Positions 17,719 through 27,174 of a stretch of DNA of 62,765 nucleotides are shown here, one piece after another. Where the stretch lies: positions 1 through 62,765 of the IMG/VR virus record IMGVR_UViG_3300030098_005334, one strand, 5' to 3'. The translations under genes and the position numbers were made by a program. Positions within the stretch are counted from its first letter, which is position 1, and each line of letters starts with the position of its first letter. The notes under the pieces are model-generated. The model searched no databases, was not told the DNA's origin, and saw only the letters and a program-made list of their open reading frames with translations. Source of the DNA: a virus (lineage: Duplodnaviria > Caudoviricetes).

Positions 17719-19683
17719 TTAGGCATGAGCGTAGTAGATATATACATCATTTGCATAGTTAGTCCAAATACCTGTTTCATCTAAAGTAAATCCAGTTGAT
17801 GTTGGTGCTCCATAATCATAAGTTTCTTGAGCGTTATTATCATTTAATTCAAGACTTTTATCATCACCTGATCCCCATCCTCTAGTAGTATCTAATACAA
17901 CCCAACTCGTGCTTGCACGAGAAGTGTTTTTAATTATTACAAATCTTGGTTGAAAGCCTACTGTTATTGTATTTCCAGACGATCCAGTTCCTGTATAGCT
18001 ACCAACCTTGCTGACATCAGTGCTGGCGAAAAGAATGGCTATTACATTGCTAGTAGTATCGACTATACCTGTATAATATCTAAACGAATTTTCATTAATA
18101 TCAGAATCACTTTGACCCCACATATTTCCGCTATTTGTTTCAGCAGCATTTGTGTTTAGCACTATGTATCGACTGTTTAGAGCATTGTTCATTGGTGTTA
18201 AACCAGAATGCCAAACTTTCCATTTTTGGTAAAAATCAGTCGATGTATTGTCACGATCTTTGAGCCATATCATTTCAGGTTTTTTCCCAAGGCTATGAGG
18301 AATAGATTTATATGTACTATTTGTGTCATTTTTCCAAGCCACCACATCAAACCCAGCGTGGCGTTTAAATAACCATGCAAACCTACTTCCATCACCTCCT
18401 GTATAACTACTCCATCCATTTTGATAATCACCTACTTGGTATATATTTGCTGACTCTGCATCAGTTGTATTAGTTTCTAGTCTAAAACCTTGCGTTAATC
18501 TACTTACTGCAGTCCAATCTGCTGTTCCTGATTGATAGCTACTTTTTTGTAAAGCAAAATCAACTATATGATTTGGAGATGGGTATAAAGGAGCACCAGA
18601 AGTTCCTGCTGTCATTGTTAATACATCCGTACCAAGTTCAACGGGTTTGCCAACGTATCCATCTGGACGGCGAATTGCCATATATAAAATCTCTTCGCCA
18701 TTTGCATTAATCGCTGCATCAGTACTTTTAATCTGGAACCCTGTCGCAGATACATCTACAAAATCATAGGAACTACTTTCAGAAGTAGCATTCTCAGGTT
18801 TTAATCTAGGGTCATTTCCTCCAGTAACAAGACCTCGCATTGAGTCCAATATTAGCCAATCTTGGTTTCGGTCTTTATTTTTAGTCAGTATATATTGTGG
18901 TTCAAAACCTAAATTAATAGTTGGTCCATTACTATTTCCATTTCCTGTAAAACTATCACACTTAATTACGCTTTGGTTACCTGCATCTCCAAACGATTGA
19001 TTGTCATGTGCAAAAACATAAGCTACATAACTATCACCATTATTATTAGTGGCGTCATCGCTTCCTACTGTAAAATATGAGCTAGTCATAGATGGATTAC
19101 TACCAAATTTAGTGCTATTTGATGCCACACCTTCTACAGTAAATTCTATAAATTGAGCACCAGTAAATGTTCTATGCCAAAGACACCAATTCTCAGATGA
19201 ACCATTTCTTCTCTTTACCCAAAGGAATCCTATAGACGATCCTAATGAATGGCTTATTTGTCTACCAGCTACACCATTTCCCGTCCACGTAACAATATCA
19301 AAAAATCCTGGAGTTTTTCTAAAATTCCAAGAACAATATCTTTTACTACTTTGGTTTAGATCTCCAAAATCACAATTTAGAGTAAATCCTGTAGAAGTAA
19401 AAGTTTGATTGGCATTGAAAGTATTTTCAGCTCCACTTGAATCAGTTTTCAGTCGTTGATTAACACCTCTTTCGGTATCAAAAAGAGTATTATTCCTACC
19501 ACTATCAGTCCTATTCTTAATCCACAGCAATCCACCTTCTCCACTCATATCTAGACCTGTGTTTGCTGATAGAGACCCATTAGTTCCATCATACAAAAAA
19601 GTCGAAAACACATCGTCAATATAAAGTTTATCGCCACCAGCTCCAGCGGCTCCTTGCATTAGGCGTTGTGTTGCTAAATCCAT
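17719..19683 (-). CDS. Tail-tip / adhesin protein with beta-repeat domains
   Basis: Repeated FDIVTWTGNG, GSYTGTG and GFQPRFVIIK units. Confidence 0.75.
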   Translation of the reverse strand: MDLATQRLMQGAAGAGGDKLYIDDVFSTFLYDGTNGSLSANTGLDMSGEGGLLWIKNRTDSGRNNTLFDTERGVNQRLKTDSSGAENTFNANQTFTSTGFTLNCDFGDLNQSSKRYCSWNFRKTPGFFDIVTWTGNGVAGRQISHSLGSSIGFLWVKRRNGSSENWCLWHRTFTGAQFIEFTVEGVASNSTKFGSNPSMTSSYFTVGSDDATNNNGDSYVAYVFAHDNQSFGDAGNQSVIKCDSFTGNGNSNGPTINLGFEPQYILTKNKDRNQDWLILDSMRGLVTGGNDPRLKPENATSESSSYDFVDVSATGFQIKSTDAAINANGEEILYMAIRRPDGYVGKPVELGTDVLTMTAGTSGAPLYPSPNHIVDFALQKSSYQSGTADWTAVSRLTQGFRLETNTTDAESANIYQVGDYQNGWSSYTGGDGSRFAWLFKRHAGFDVVAWKNDTNSTYKSIPHSLGKKPEMIWLKDRDNTSTDFYQKWKVWHSGLTPMNNALNSRYIVLNTNAAETNSGNMWGQSDSDINENSFRYYTGIVDTTSNVIAILFASTDVSKVGSYTGTGSSGNTITVGFQPRFVIIKNTSRASTSWVVLDTTRGWGSGDDKSLELNDNNAQETYDYGAPTSTGFTLDETGIWTNYANDVYIYYAHA

Positions 19684-19685
19684 AG

Positions 19686-21053
19686 TTAGTTTACGTAATC
19701 AACAAGTGCTGAACCTCTATACCTACTTCCACCGTCGTCAGTAACAAACATAAATAGATGTGTCTTACCAGTCGTCAACGTTGGTGCGGTATCTGCGTTC
19801 CATTTTACACTGGAAGGCCATGTGACGGTACCACTTGAGTGTGTTAATTCCAAAGTGAAGGCTGAAACAGTACCAGATGCAGCTGGATTACTAAAAGTAA
19901 ATGTGCTGTTACCTGATATTGTTTTTGTAAAGTAGTTAGATGTATTTAAGTCTAAGTCTAAAGCTGCTGCTGCAGTAGCAACTTGACTAACACCACCAGT
20001 AAATTTTGAGACAGACGAAGTTATGCGTAATTTTTCTGCAATTCCTGTTCCATTTCCCTTAACAGATATAACTAAAAAGCCTCCAGAATCATCACCAGCA
20101 TTAGTATCATCAGTTGCTATATAAGATTGTATGCTTGCAATTTGTTTTGAATTAGCGCTACTAGCACTGCTACTTGCTGAGTTTTCCCTGTTTATAAATC
20201 TAAGAGTACCAACCCCCGTATTATTAGTATTTTGATTACCACTGATGTTAATAACACCATATTCACCAACCGTTCCATCCCCTGTTACTTCTAGTATTTT
20301 TGCACTAGCAGTATCATTGTTAAAGGATGTACCTGTTAAACCTTGAGTTACTATATGTCTACCAGTAGTTAAAGTTAGAAGAGCAATTGAATTACAATCA
20401 AAAATTAAATCGTGAGTACTTGTGGTTCCTATGTGTGCATTACTATTTTGTGCATAACATTTTAAACTACAGTTATTAGTTGTATCTTTAAAATGAACCC
20501 CAGGACTACTAACTGATTCTAGATGCAGAAGAGAATCAGGACTTGTTGTTCCAATACCAACATTTCCCGAACTATCAATCCGCATCCGTTCGGTTCCAGC
20601 AGTTTGGAATAAATGTTTTCCGTGTGTGTTGTTATCTACTGCGTTATAAACACTCTGCCCACTACTATTTTGAAAAGTTGAATAATCGTTTGTTCCATCT
20701 GTATCAACCGATTTAAATTGAGGTGTAGCATGAGATATCTGTAAGATATTACCGTCAAAAGTAAGGGCAGCTTCACCTTGAAGAGCATTAGCTCCTGTAA
20801 CTGTTGCAATCGTATTATTTGTACTACCACTTAAAGAAACTCCTGAATTATCAGCCGTCCATGCAAGGTTCCCAGAACCGTCAGTTTTGAGAAGGTAATT
20901 TGCAGTCCCGTCAGCCGCAGGAAGAGTCCAAACTAAACTACTACTTACAGTAGCTGGAGCTTTAAAGCCTACGTAATGTGAGGAGTTAGCATCACCAAGT
21001 CGTAACTCACCTTGATGTTTAGTTTGTAATAATTCTGCTTTTGTTTGTGACAT
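19686..21053 (-). CDS. Tail fibre protein
   Basis: ERMRIDSSGNVGIGTTSP; C-terminal TWPSSVKW...PTLTTG..LFMFVTDDGG. Confidence 0.85.
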   Translation of the reverse strand: MSQTKAELLQTKHQGELRLGDANSSHYVGFKAPATVSSSLVWTLPAADGTANYLLKTDGSGNLAWTADNSGVSLSGSTNNTIATVTGANALQGEAALTFDGNILQISHATPQFKSVDTDGTNDYSTFQNSSGQSVYNAVDNNTHGKHLFQTAGTERMRIDSSGNVGIGTTSPDSLLHLESVSSPGVHFKDTTNNCSLKCYAQNSNAHIGTTSTHDLIFDCNSIALLTLTTGRHIVTQGLTGTSFNNDTASAKILEVTGDGTVGEYGVINISGNQNTNNTGVGTLRFINRENSASSSASSANSKQIASIQSYIATDDTNAGDDSGGFLVISVKGNGTGIAEKLRITSSVSKFTGGVSQVATAAAALDLDLNTSNYFTKTISGNSTFTFSNPAASGTVSAFTLELTHSSGTVTWPSSVKWNADTAPTLTTGKTHLFMFVTDDGGSRYRGSALVDYVN

Positions 21054-21104
21054 CTAACCTAATTAATTCAATCACTTTTATTAATTTTACAACCAGAAGA
21101 CCTA

Positions 21105-21314
21105 CTACCTAATAGGACCTTGTCTAATAACTATGTATGGTTTCTGATCAGAACCTGCTTCAGAAATATAATCTTGATATTCTCCAGTGGTTGGTATTCC
21201 TACACCGCTTTGCATATATGTCGAACTACCAGTAGATTTACTTCTCCACTTTTCTGCTCTATCTTTTGCCATTCCGTAATTTGCCATTACAGCTGGAAAA
21301 TCAGTGTCTCCCAT
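21105..21314 (-). CDS. Hypothetical protein
   Basis: 69-aa ORF coupled to neighbour. Confidence 0.55.
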   Translation of the reverse strand: MGDTDFPAVMANYGMAKDRAEKWRSKSTGSSTYMQSGVGIPTTGEYQDYISEAGSDQKPYIVIRQGPIR

Positions 21315-21547
21315 TACCTACCCATGCGACCTAGAAAGTCATCAACTCTTGAAGTAATACTTGGCTCTTGTGAAGCTGCGTTCATCGGATTAGTTTTCTC
21401 AGCCGCCTTCATATTTGCTTCTGCATAAGGAGCACTTACTGCTTGACCTTGTGTTGCGTAACCACCAGGAAGTTTTGATTGCCTACGTGGATCACCAAGA
21501 TCCGCTGACATTCCTAAACCAGCTGGATCAAAACCTGCTCCGCCCAT
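21314..21547 (-). CDS. Hypothetical protein
   Basis: 77-aa ORF. Confidence 0.55.
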   Translation of the reverse strand: MGGAGFDPAGLGMSADLGDPRRQSKLPGGYATQGQAVSAPYAEANMKAAEKTNPMNAASQEPSITSRVDDFLGRMGR

Positions 21548-21594
21548 CTATTTATTAAGTATTTCTATTAATTATAACTTTAAAAAATCAGTCT

Positions 21595-22194
21595 CTACTC
21601 CAAATCCATGGGCATTGTGATCCTTACCCTTTCCCCTGCCATTCTGTCTTTCTTTAATTTACCAGATTTACGATCAGCTTGAAATTGTTGATTTGCTTTG
21701 TATGTCTCAAACAATTCTCTAGGATCAAAAGCACCTGATTGCATTGCTGGGCTGTTTCTTGTCCTTTCAATAAACTGTTCATATGTATCTGCTCCTTTTA
21801 TCTTGCTTCTACCACCAGATGTTCCATCCTCATATTGATTATCAATTGTGTAGTCATAAAAAGGATTAGCTACCTTAATTGCTTCAGTAATACCGAACTC
21901 AGGGAAAAAACCACTTTGATCTTGTCTTGCATCTCTAGCTTCCTGACTTCCTAAACCAAATAAAAAAGGAACCCCAGGAGGTGCGACTAACTTACCTGCA
22001 AACATACCAAAATCTCTAGAAGGTCTCAATGCACGTAAACCTTCACCTATACCTAATTCTGGAAATAGTCCACTTTGATCTTTTCTTGCTTCTTGAGCTT
22101 CGGGAGTAAACATTGATACGCCTACTCTAGTTGCAGGAACAAGACCTAATAAAGCTTTTCCAAAGTCTTTAAGGAAACGATTTTCCTTTTCCAT
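21595..22194 (-). CDS. Hypothetical protein with internal repeat (likely start MEKEN at 22194)
   Basis: Repeat EAQEARKDQSGLFPELGI / EARDARQDQSGFFPEFGI. Confidence 0.6.
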   Translation of the reverse strand: MEKENRFLKDFGKALLGLVPATRVGVSMFTPEAQEARKDQSGLFPELGIGEGLRALRPSRDFGMFAGKLVAPPGVPFLFGLGSQEARDARQDQSGFFPEFGITEAIKVANPFYDYTIDNQYEDGTSGGRSKIKGADTYEQFIERTRNSPAMQSGAFDPRELFETYKANQQFQADRKSGKLKKDRMAGERVRITMPMDLE

Positions 22195-22246
22195 ATTTAT
22201 AAGACACTTTTTATAATAATAACATCGCGAAATAGACGATATTGAC

Positions 22247-22393
22247 ATGAAATCAGCTATCACTACTACAAAATCCGACGGCAGAACAATTTATCTTGTT
22301 TGTTCTCCTAGCGGTGATATGTGTCATTACACACCCTGCTACTACGAAGCCATTCATTTTGCAACTATATATAACGAATATTGTCTATCTTGA
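22247..22393 (+). CDS. Small Cys-containing protein, 48 aa
   Basis: Manual translation MKSAITTTKSDGRTIYLVCSPSGDMCHYTPCYYEAIHFA...; TATAAT about 30 nt upstream. Confidence 0.5.
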   Translation: MKSAITTTKSDGRTIYLVCSPSGDMCHYTPCYYEAIHFATIYNEYCLS

Positions 22394-22401
22394 AACATTT
22401 A

Positions 22402-22676
22402 TTAGGGGGAAAGATTTTAAAAGGTAAAAAATTACACTAAATCGATTGCGGTGACTAGATTCTTGATTGAACAGCCAAATCTGTGGTTTTTTTTGCTATT
22501 TTTATCGGAGTAGTGTATGGAAGGGGTAGGGTTGTGAGTGTAATGTTACTATCAGATACCTACCCCCATCCGATATAGAAGTAAATATAAATGGTAAAAA
22601 AATAAGAAATTTGGTTGTTCAACGATTGCTATTGCGACAGAAGGGGTTTACCCTAGTTCGACATTGTTTCCCCTAA
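22402..22676 (+). ncRNA. Long imperfect hairpin, putative structured RNA or ssDNA element
   Basis: Nested arms: TTAGGGGGAAA/TTTCCCCTAA, TTGCGGTGAC/GCTATTGCGA, TTGAACAGCCAAAT/ATTTGGTTGTTCAA, TTTTTTTGCTATTT/AAATGGTAAAAAAA, TATCGGA/TCCGATA, GGGGTAGG/CCTACCCC; mismatches are mostly G-U on the + strand. Confidence 0.65.
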
Positions 22677-22686
22677 CAGATCATTC

Positions 22687-23784
22687 ATGGATGAATTTAT
22701 ATACGCAGGTCTAACTCCTTACGATCACTTGGTTTTCGCAAAAACTATACAAATAGGGCTGGAAAATTTTGGGGCAAATCGTTGTTGGGATGCGGCAGAA
22801 TATGCTAATTCAATATTTGAAGGGTTTAATACTTCTAAAAAAACTCACCTAATCTACAAAAATGTAGATGCTCGACCTCTGATACTGGCTATAAGTGGTA
22901 GAGAAAAGGAAGATGATGAATCAATTGTTGTAAGAAAAGCTTGTTGTTCCTCTCCACACTGTCTGAATCCTTGCCACTATTACTGGGGAGGACGTCAGGA
23001 TGTTGCATTTGAGAAAGCACAGAAGAATAAAAAGTTAAATATTGATGTTATCAAGCGACTTAGAGTGGCTTATGAAAGCGGCTTAAGCTGTAGAAGAATA
23101 TCAAGAATATATAAATTACCTTATCAAACTGTGCGTCGGATATGTAGCGGAGAAACATATGAGTCTATTAATAAATTTTCGTCTACTATTGATGAAAAGG
23201 AGGTATTACATCAATCCTCACTTGTTTGTAAAAAAGTAATCATGGCAAATCCTGAAGAAGCAAAAAAATTACAGCTTAAATATCATGAAATGAATGAAAT
23301 GGAATGTCCTTGGCACAGGAAGGGTGAGTCAAAACATAAGGGTAATTTTGGATTAATGGGTGAATGTTTGGACTGTATGGAAAAAATAAAAGAAGGATAT
23401 TGTAGTGTTGATGTAAGAAATTTTGATCTTAGGTGGTACTGGCAAGTAAAAAGATTTTGGGAACAAGTTGATGTTAAAGATAAAGATAGTTGCTGGCCTT
23501 GGTTAGGTGCCATAAAAGAAAAGAAAAAAGAATCAATCGCATGTTTCCCTAGTCCCTGCCACTCTAGTAAAACACAATCAGCTCACAGGGTGGCATTTTG
23601 GCTCAGTCGTGGCTATACAGGTAAATACCGCGTCTTTACCGGCAAGAATTGCAAACCTTATTGTTGCAACCCATCTCATCTAACGATTAGAGAATTGTCT
23701 GAAGACGCCCAAAACCCTGAATTAAAAGAGGTAAAACTGCACCATGACAACATCTTCGAGCATTTCAAGAACAGAAAGGCATAA
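22687..23784 (+). CDS. Tandem His-Me (HNH-like) zinc-finger protein with central HTH; catalytic His apparently absent
   Basis: CW...CCSSPHCLNPCH and CWPWLG...AHRVAFW...CKPYCCNPSHL; HTH GLSCRRISRIYKLPYQTVRRICSGETY. Confidence 0.75.
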   Translation: MDEFIYAGLTPYDHLVFAKTIQIGLENFGANRCWDAAEYANSIFEGFNTSKKTHLIYKNVDARPLILAISGREKEDDESIVVRKACCSSPHCLNPCHYYWGGRQDVAFEKAQKNKKLNIDVIKRLRVAYESGLSCRRISRIYKLPYQTVRRICSGETYESINKFSSTIDEKEVLHQSSLVCKKVIMANPEEAKKLQLKYHEMNEMECPWHRKGESKHKGNFGLMGECLDCMEKIKEGYCSVDVRNFDLRWYWQVKRFWEQVDVKDKDSCWPWLGAIKEKKKESIACFPSPCHSSKTQSAHRVAFWLSRGYTGKYRVFTGKNCKPYCCNPSHLTIRELSEDAQNPELKEVKLHHDNIFEHFKNRKA

Positions 23785-24121
23785 AGTTACTTCAAAAAGT
23801 AGCCAGTTGATGCCCAGTAATTTTCATTTAGAAGAAAAACAATATGCACCTATGGTTGTTATAAATGGTGAAACAACTTTTGGTGCTTGGTGTGACACAA
23901 AAGATGAAGCAAAAGCTAGACTATGTCATTTAGAAATAGCGTTAGATTATTTTTCATACCCCACAAAAGAATCAGAGTGCAAAGGAAGAGAAGGAGTAAG
24001 AATTCAAGCTGAACGGGCTGCTAATATGGAAAGATGGTACCAAGAATCAGGAAGAACCAATTCCATCTTTACGGGCTTAGCACAAGAACATGTCAAGATT
24101 TCTAACGACAATTCCGAGTAA
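23744..24121 (+). CDS. Hypothetical protein
   Basis: 125-aa ORF in operon; start uncertain. Confidence 0.55.
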   Translation: MTTSSSISRTERHKVTSKSSQLMPSNFHLEEKQYAPMVVINGETTFGAWCDTKDEAKARLCHLEIALDYFSYPTKESECKGREGVRIQAERAANMERWYQESGRTNSIFTGLAQEHVKISNDNSE

Positions 24122-24767
24122 CACAGGATTTTTTAATCTAGGAACAGTTGAATCATACCCAACAGGAGGTGGAGGTCCGACTGCATATGGACCTACCTCT
24201 TATTTCGGCTCAGATCCCTTACCAGCACAAAGTGGGGACAACATCTATAATCCGATAGATTTGGGGGACTTTTCACCTATTTTTAGAAGTGTTCCCATCA
24301 AAAATAGTCATGGTGGATTATCAAGAAAACAAACTACTTTTTATAGAATTGTTTTAAGACAACCAAGATCTGTTCAATTCACTCAAAATCTAAGTCAATT
24401 TTCATATGAAAAAGAAACTAATAGAAATACATTAATTGCTTTTTATGAAATATTTGAGGGTAATAGAAGAGAAGAGATGCCTATCAATGATCTTGGTTAT
24501 GTAGCTAAAGAAGCAGCAATAGATTACTTAGTTGATGATACAGGCTTAAAACTAGATGATTATCCAACAACTTTACTAAACCCTGGTGAATATTTATTTC
24601 TAATAACAAATGATATTAGATATCAAGAAACAGAATACTCCATAACAGTCAACGTTAATAAAGTTGATTTTGAATTTATTAATCAGGCTGCCATTGAAAA
24701 TATTGACTTTGGACAAATTGCAAATGCTGCAGGAAGTGACATCAATTTTGGCAATATAGTAATTTGA
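24090..24767 (+). CDS. Hypothetical protein, beta-sandwich-like
   Basis: 225-aa ORF; LNPGEYLFLIT...YSITV pattern. Confidence 0.6.
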   Translation: MSRFLTTIPSNTGFFNLGTVESYPTGGGGPTAYGPTSYFGSDPLPAQSGDNIYNPIDLGDFSPIFRSVPIKNSHGGLSRKQTTFYRIVLRQPRSVQFTQNLSQFSYEKETNRNTLIAFYEIFEGNRREEMPINDLGYVAKEAAIDYLVDDTGLKLDDYPTTLLNPGEYLFLITNDIRYQETEYSITVNVNKVDFEFINQAAIENIDFGQIANAAGSDINFGNIVI

Positions 24768-24788
24768 TACAAGCTCTGTTATTATTAA

Positions 24789-25016
24789 ATGGGTGATCTG
24801 TCTATCATGAAGAATGATGAACGTCCCTTTACAGGTAGATTGATTACAAAGAAAAACCTGCAAAACAATCTTGATGAGATACTACAAGAAGTATCTAAAA
24901 CCAATAATACTTATCGTTTAAAAGATTCAGAAGAGGATGTTGTAATTATTTCATTTAGAGAATATTTATTTTTAAAACAAATTTATTACGATTATTTATC
25001 AGAAACTTCTTTATAA
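24789..25016 (+). CDS. Phd/YefM antitoxin-like protein
   Basis: LQNNLDEILQEV...YRL...DVVIISFREY matches the Phd/YefM N-terminal fold pattern. Confidence 0.6.
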   Translation: MGDLSIMKNDERPFTGRLITKKNLQNNLDEILQEVSKTNNTYRLKDSEEDVVIISFREYLFLKQIYYDYLSETSL

Positions 25017-25751
25017 ATTTTGTAGATAATTCTTTAAAAAATCATAAGTGCTACCCTCATCATCTTCGTCTAAGTAATCATTATAAGCATCACTTAAAGA
25101 TTTTAAATTTAATGTGCCTCCAGCATCACCTGTATCTACAACACTGTCCAGATCATCTTTATCTTGTAGATAATCACCATATTTAACACCCGATCCAGTT
25201 TTCTTAAACTTATCAATGAAATCATCTGATATGAACGCGGATGCTCCTCCAATTCTTGCTTTTTCTTTCCGCTGTCCCTCTATGCTTGAAAGAATGTCTT
25301 GCTCAACTTTAGCTCTAGAATCACCAGCGGCTAAACGATTTTTAAAATACTCTGCTCCACCAGCATCAGGTTCCCTACCTAAATATTTGTTGTACAAAGT
25401 TGTGATGTAATTATCATCCGTTCCTTGGCTCTTATCAACAGGACCTCTGTAAGTGAACTTCTCTCTTTCCAAAATGTTTGCCTCGCCTTCAGCAAGTCCA
25501 GAAGGTCTGTTGCCTAAAGATCCTTTTGTTAGGAAAGGATTAGCAATATCACCTCTTGTATCTGCTCTATCTAATGTTTGTCTTTGTGTCCTACGCAAAT
25601 CTGGAACATCTGCCTCCCTCCTTGACTGCAGCATTGCCTGCTCAACAGCTTTATCTTGTAAATATTGTGCAATAAAATCTTTAGATTCTTTAGTTGGTTC
25701 AGTAGTGACTACAAAACCTCTAGTTCCTTTTACTTCGTTATCGTCCGACAT
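25011..25751 (-). CDS. DUF4214-like domain protein
   Basis: YITTLYNKYLGREPDAGGAEYF...SRAKV...S.E motif. Confidence 0.65.
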   Translation of the reverse strand: MSDDNEVKGTRGFVVTTEPTKESKDFIAQYLQDKAVEQAMLQSRREADVPDLRRTQRQTLDRADTRGDIANPFLTKGSLGNRPSGLAEGEANILEREKFTYRGPVDKSQGTDDNYITTLYNKYLGREPDAGGAEYFKNRLAAGDSRAKVEQDILSSIEGQRKEKARIGGASAFISDDFIDKFKKTGSGVKYGDYLQDKDDLDSVVDTGDAGGTLNLKSLSDAYNDYLDEDDEGSTYDFLKNYLQNL

Positions 25752-25774
25752 TTGCTGGTTTTACTTTTATTTCT

Positions 25775-25896
25775 ATACTGATTCTATCGGTGACAAACTC
25801 GTGTAAATGCTGAACGCCCACAACACCGAAAGGCAACAAAATCAAAACCAAAAGGAGTTCGGCGTATGTGATAGGTCGGCGCATGAGAATCAGTAT
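25775..25896 (+). ncRNA. Putative structured leader or sRNA hairpin
   Basis: Perfect 11-bp ATACTGATTCT/AGAATCAGTAT closing stem; inner TGCTGAAC/GTTCGGCG stem with G-U pairs; A/C-rich loop containing CC-GAAA-GG. Confidence 0.55.
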
Positions 25897-26157
25897 CCTT
25901 TCCTTCACGATTTTAGCGAACTTATCTCAACCATGTCCATAAAAAATTTAAAAAATGATCTCTTAACAGAGGAACAAATACAATTAGCTACCACTTTGTG
26001 GGAAGCTACAAGATCAAAACGTCAATGTGATCCTGATTTTAAACCTAAAATTAAAAAACTTAGAGACTTCTATGAAAAAGTTCTTATAGTTGATCATAAG
26101 AAACAATGGGACGATTACTGGAAATCGGCTAGTATTCGTAAAGACAAGTCCTCCTAA
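25807..26157 (+). CDS. Hypothetical protein (true start probably ATG 25933)
   Basis: The ORF 5' part coincides with the hairpin; TAATG coupling to the next gene. Confidence 0.55.
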   Translation: MLNAHNTERQQNQNQKEFGVCDRSAHENQYPFLHDFSELISTMSIKNLKNDLLTEEQIQLATTLWEATRSKRQCDPDFKPKIKKLRDFYEKVLIVDHKKQWDDYWKSASIRKDKSS

Positions 26158-26750
26158 TGACAGTAATTAAAAGTGAGGATTGGTTAGATATTCTTCAGAA
26201 TACTGACTATGAGCCTATAGAACAAGAAGATAATTTATATCAAAGTTATAGATTTATAGATTTAGATTTAGAAAAAGTCACTATTGAAAACTTTAAGGAG
26301 ACGTTATCTGAGTCATTAATAGAACAAGTAGAGATGTTTATACCACCTTCAGGAAGCTTCTCTACACCAGACTTGAAACGTTATTTAGATCTCGTAAGGA
26401 ACTATGAAACAAGCACGACTGACCTAATGCTGGGTCTATCTCTTGCAGATCAAATAAGAATTACTTTTAGTGATATGAGAACTAGCACAATATGTGATCG
26501 TTATCCTGACATTAACTTAGCTGAGAAACGTAGATATAGATGCGTTGCTGAATATTTGATACGGCAAGGTGAATTGACTAAGCTACGTGACGAAAATGGC
26601 AAGCTTATTAAAAAAATAGGGAACATGCAAAAAGCGGTAGTTTTATACCAACCACTACCAAAATTACTAGAAACACTAAAAAAATCTGGTTTAGATCATT
26701 TAATAAAATCAGTTCCTAAAGTAAAAAATGAAAATAAATCTGAAAGTTGA
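26157..26750 (+). CDS. Hypothetical protein, possible winged-helix DNA binding
   Basis: 197-aa ORF; RCVAEYLIRQGELTK. Confidence 0.6.
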   Translation: MTVIKSEDWLDILQNTDYEPIEQEDNLYQSYRFIDLDLEKVTIENFKETLSESLIEQVEMFIPPSGSFSTPDLKRYLDLVRNYETSTTDLMLGLSLADQIRITFSDMRTSTICDRYPDINLAEKRRYRCVAEYLIRQGELTKLRDENGKLIKKIGNMQKAVVLYQPLPKLLETLKKSGLDHLIKSVPKVKNENKSES

Positions 26751-26775
26751 TAGACTAAAGCATCGATAAAATTTC

Positions 26776-27174
26776 ATGACTAACAGACGTAACCAACTCC
26801 TTTTAAAACTTTTTAAAAATACGACAGGAGAAGATGAAGATAAATTATTACAATTATCAATAGAGAGAATATTGGCAGATCAACTTGATTATTACAAGAA
26901 ATTTTATGCTAACGAAGGACCAGGTGTAATAGTGTTTAGACCTGATTTTCCTGAGAAAGAACAGATGCAATATGTAAGTGTAAACAGATTAATAAGTATT
27001 TTAGAAAAGGCAAGAGAAGCAGAACAAGACTGTGAAATTATTAGTAAAGCTATCAACATAGCTGAGTCGATAGATGGAGAAAAAGAAGGTTTATTTATTA
27101 TTGAAGATGAAAGAGACACTCAATTATTTCGTATAAATCCTGAAAGAATGATTGGATCAATTGTTCAATCTTGA
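26776..27174 (+). CDS. Hypothetical protein
   Basis: 132-aa ORF. Confidence 0.6.
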   Translation: MTNRRNQLLLKLFKNTTGEDEDKLLQLSIERILADQLDYYKKFYANEGPGVIVFRPDFPEKEQMQYVSVNRLISILEKAREAEQDCEIISKAINIAESIDGEKEGLFIIEDERDTQLFRINPERMIGSIVQS

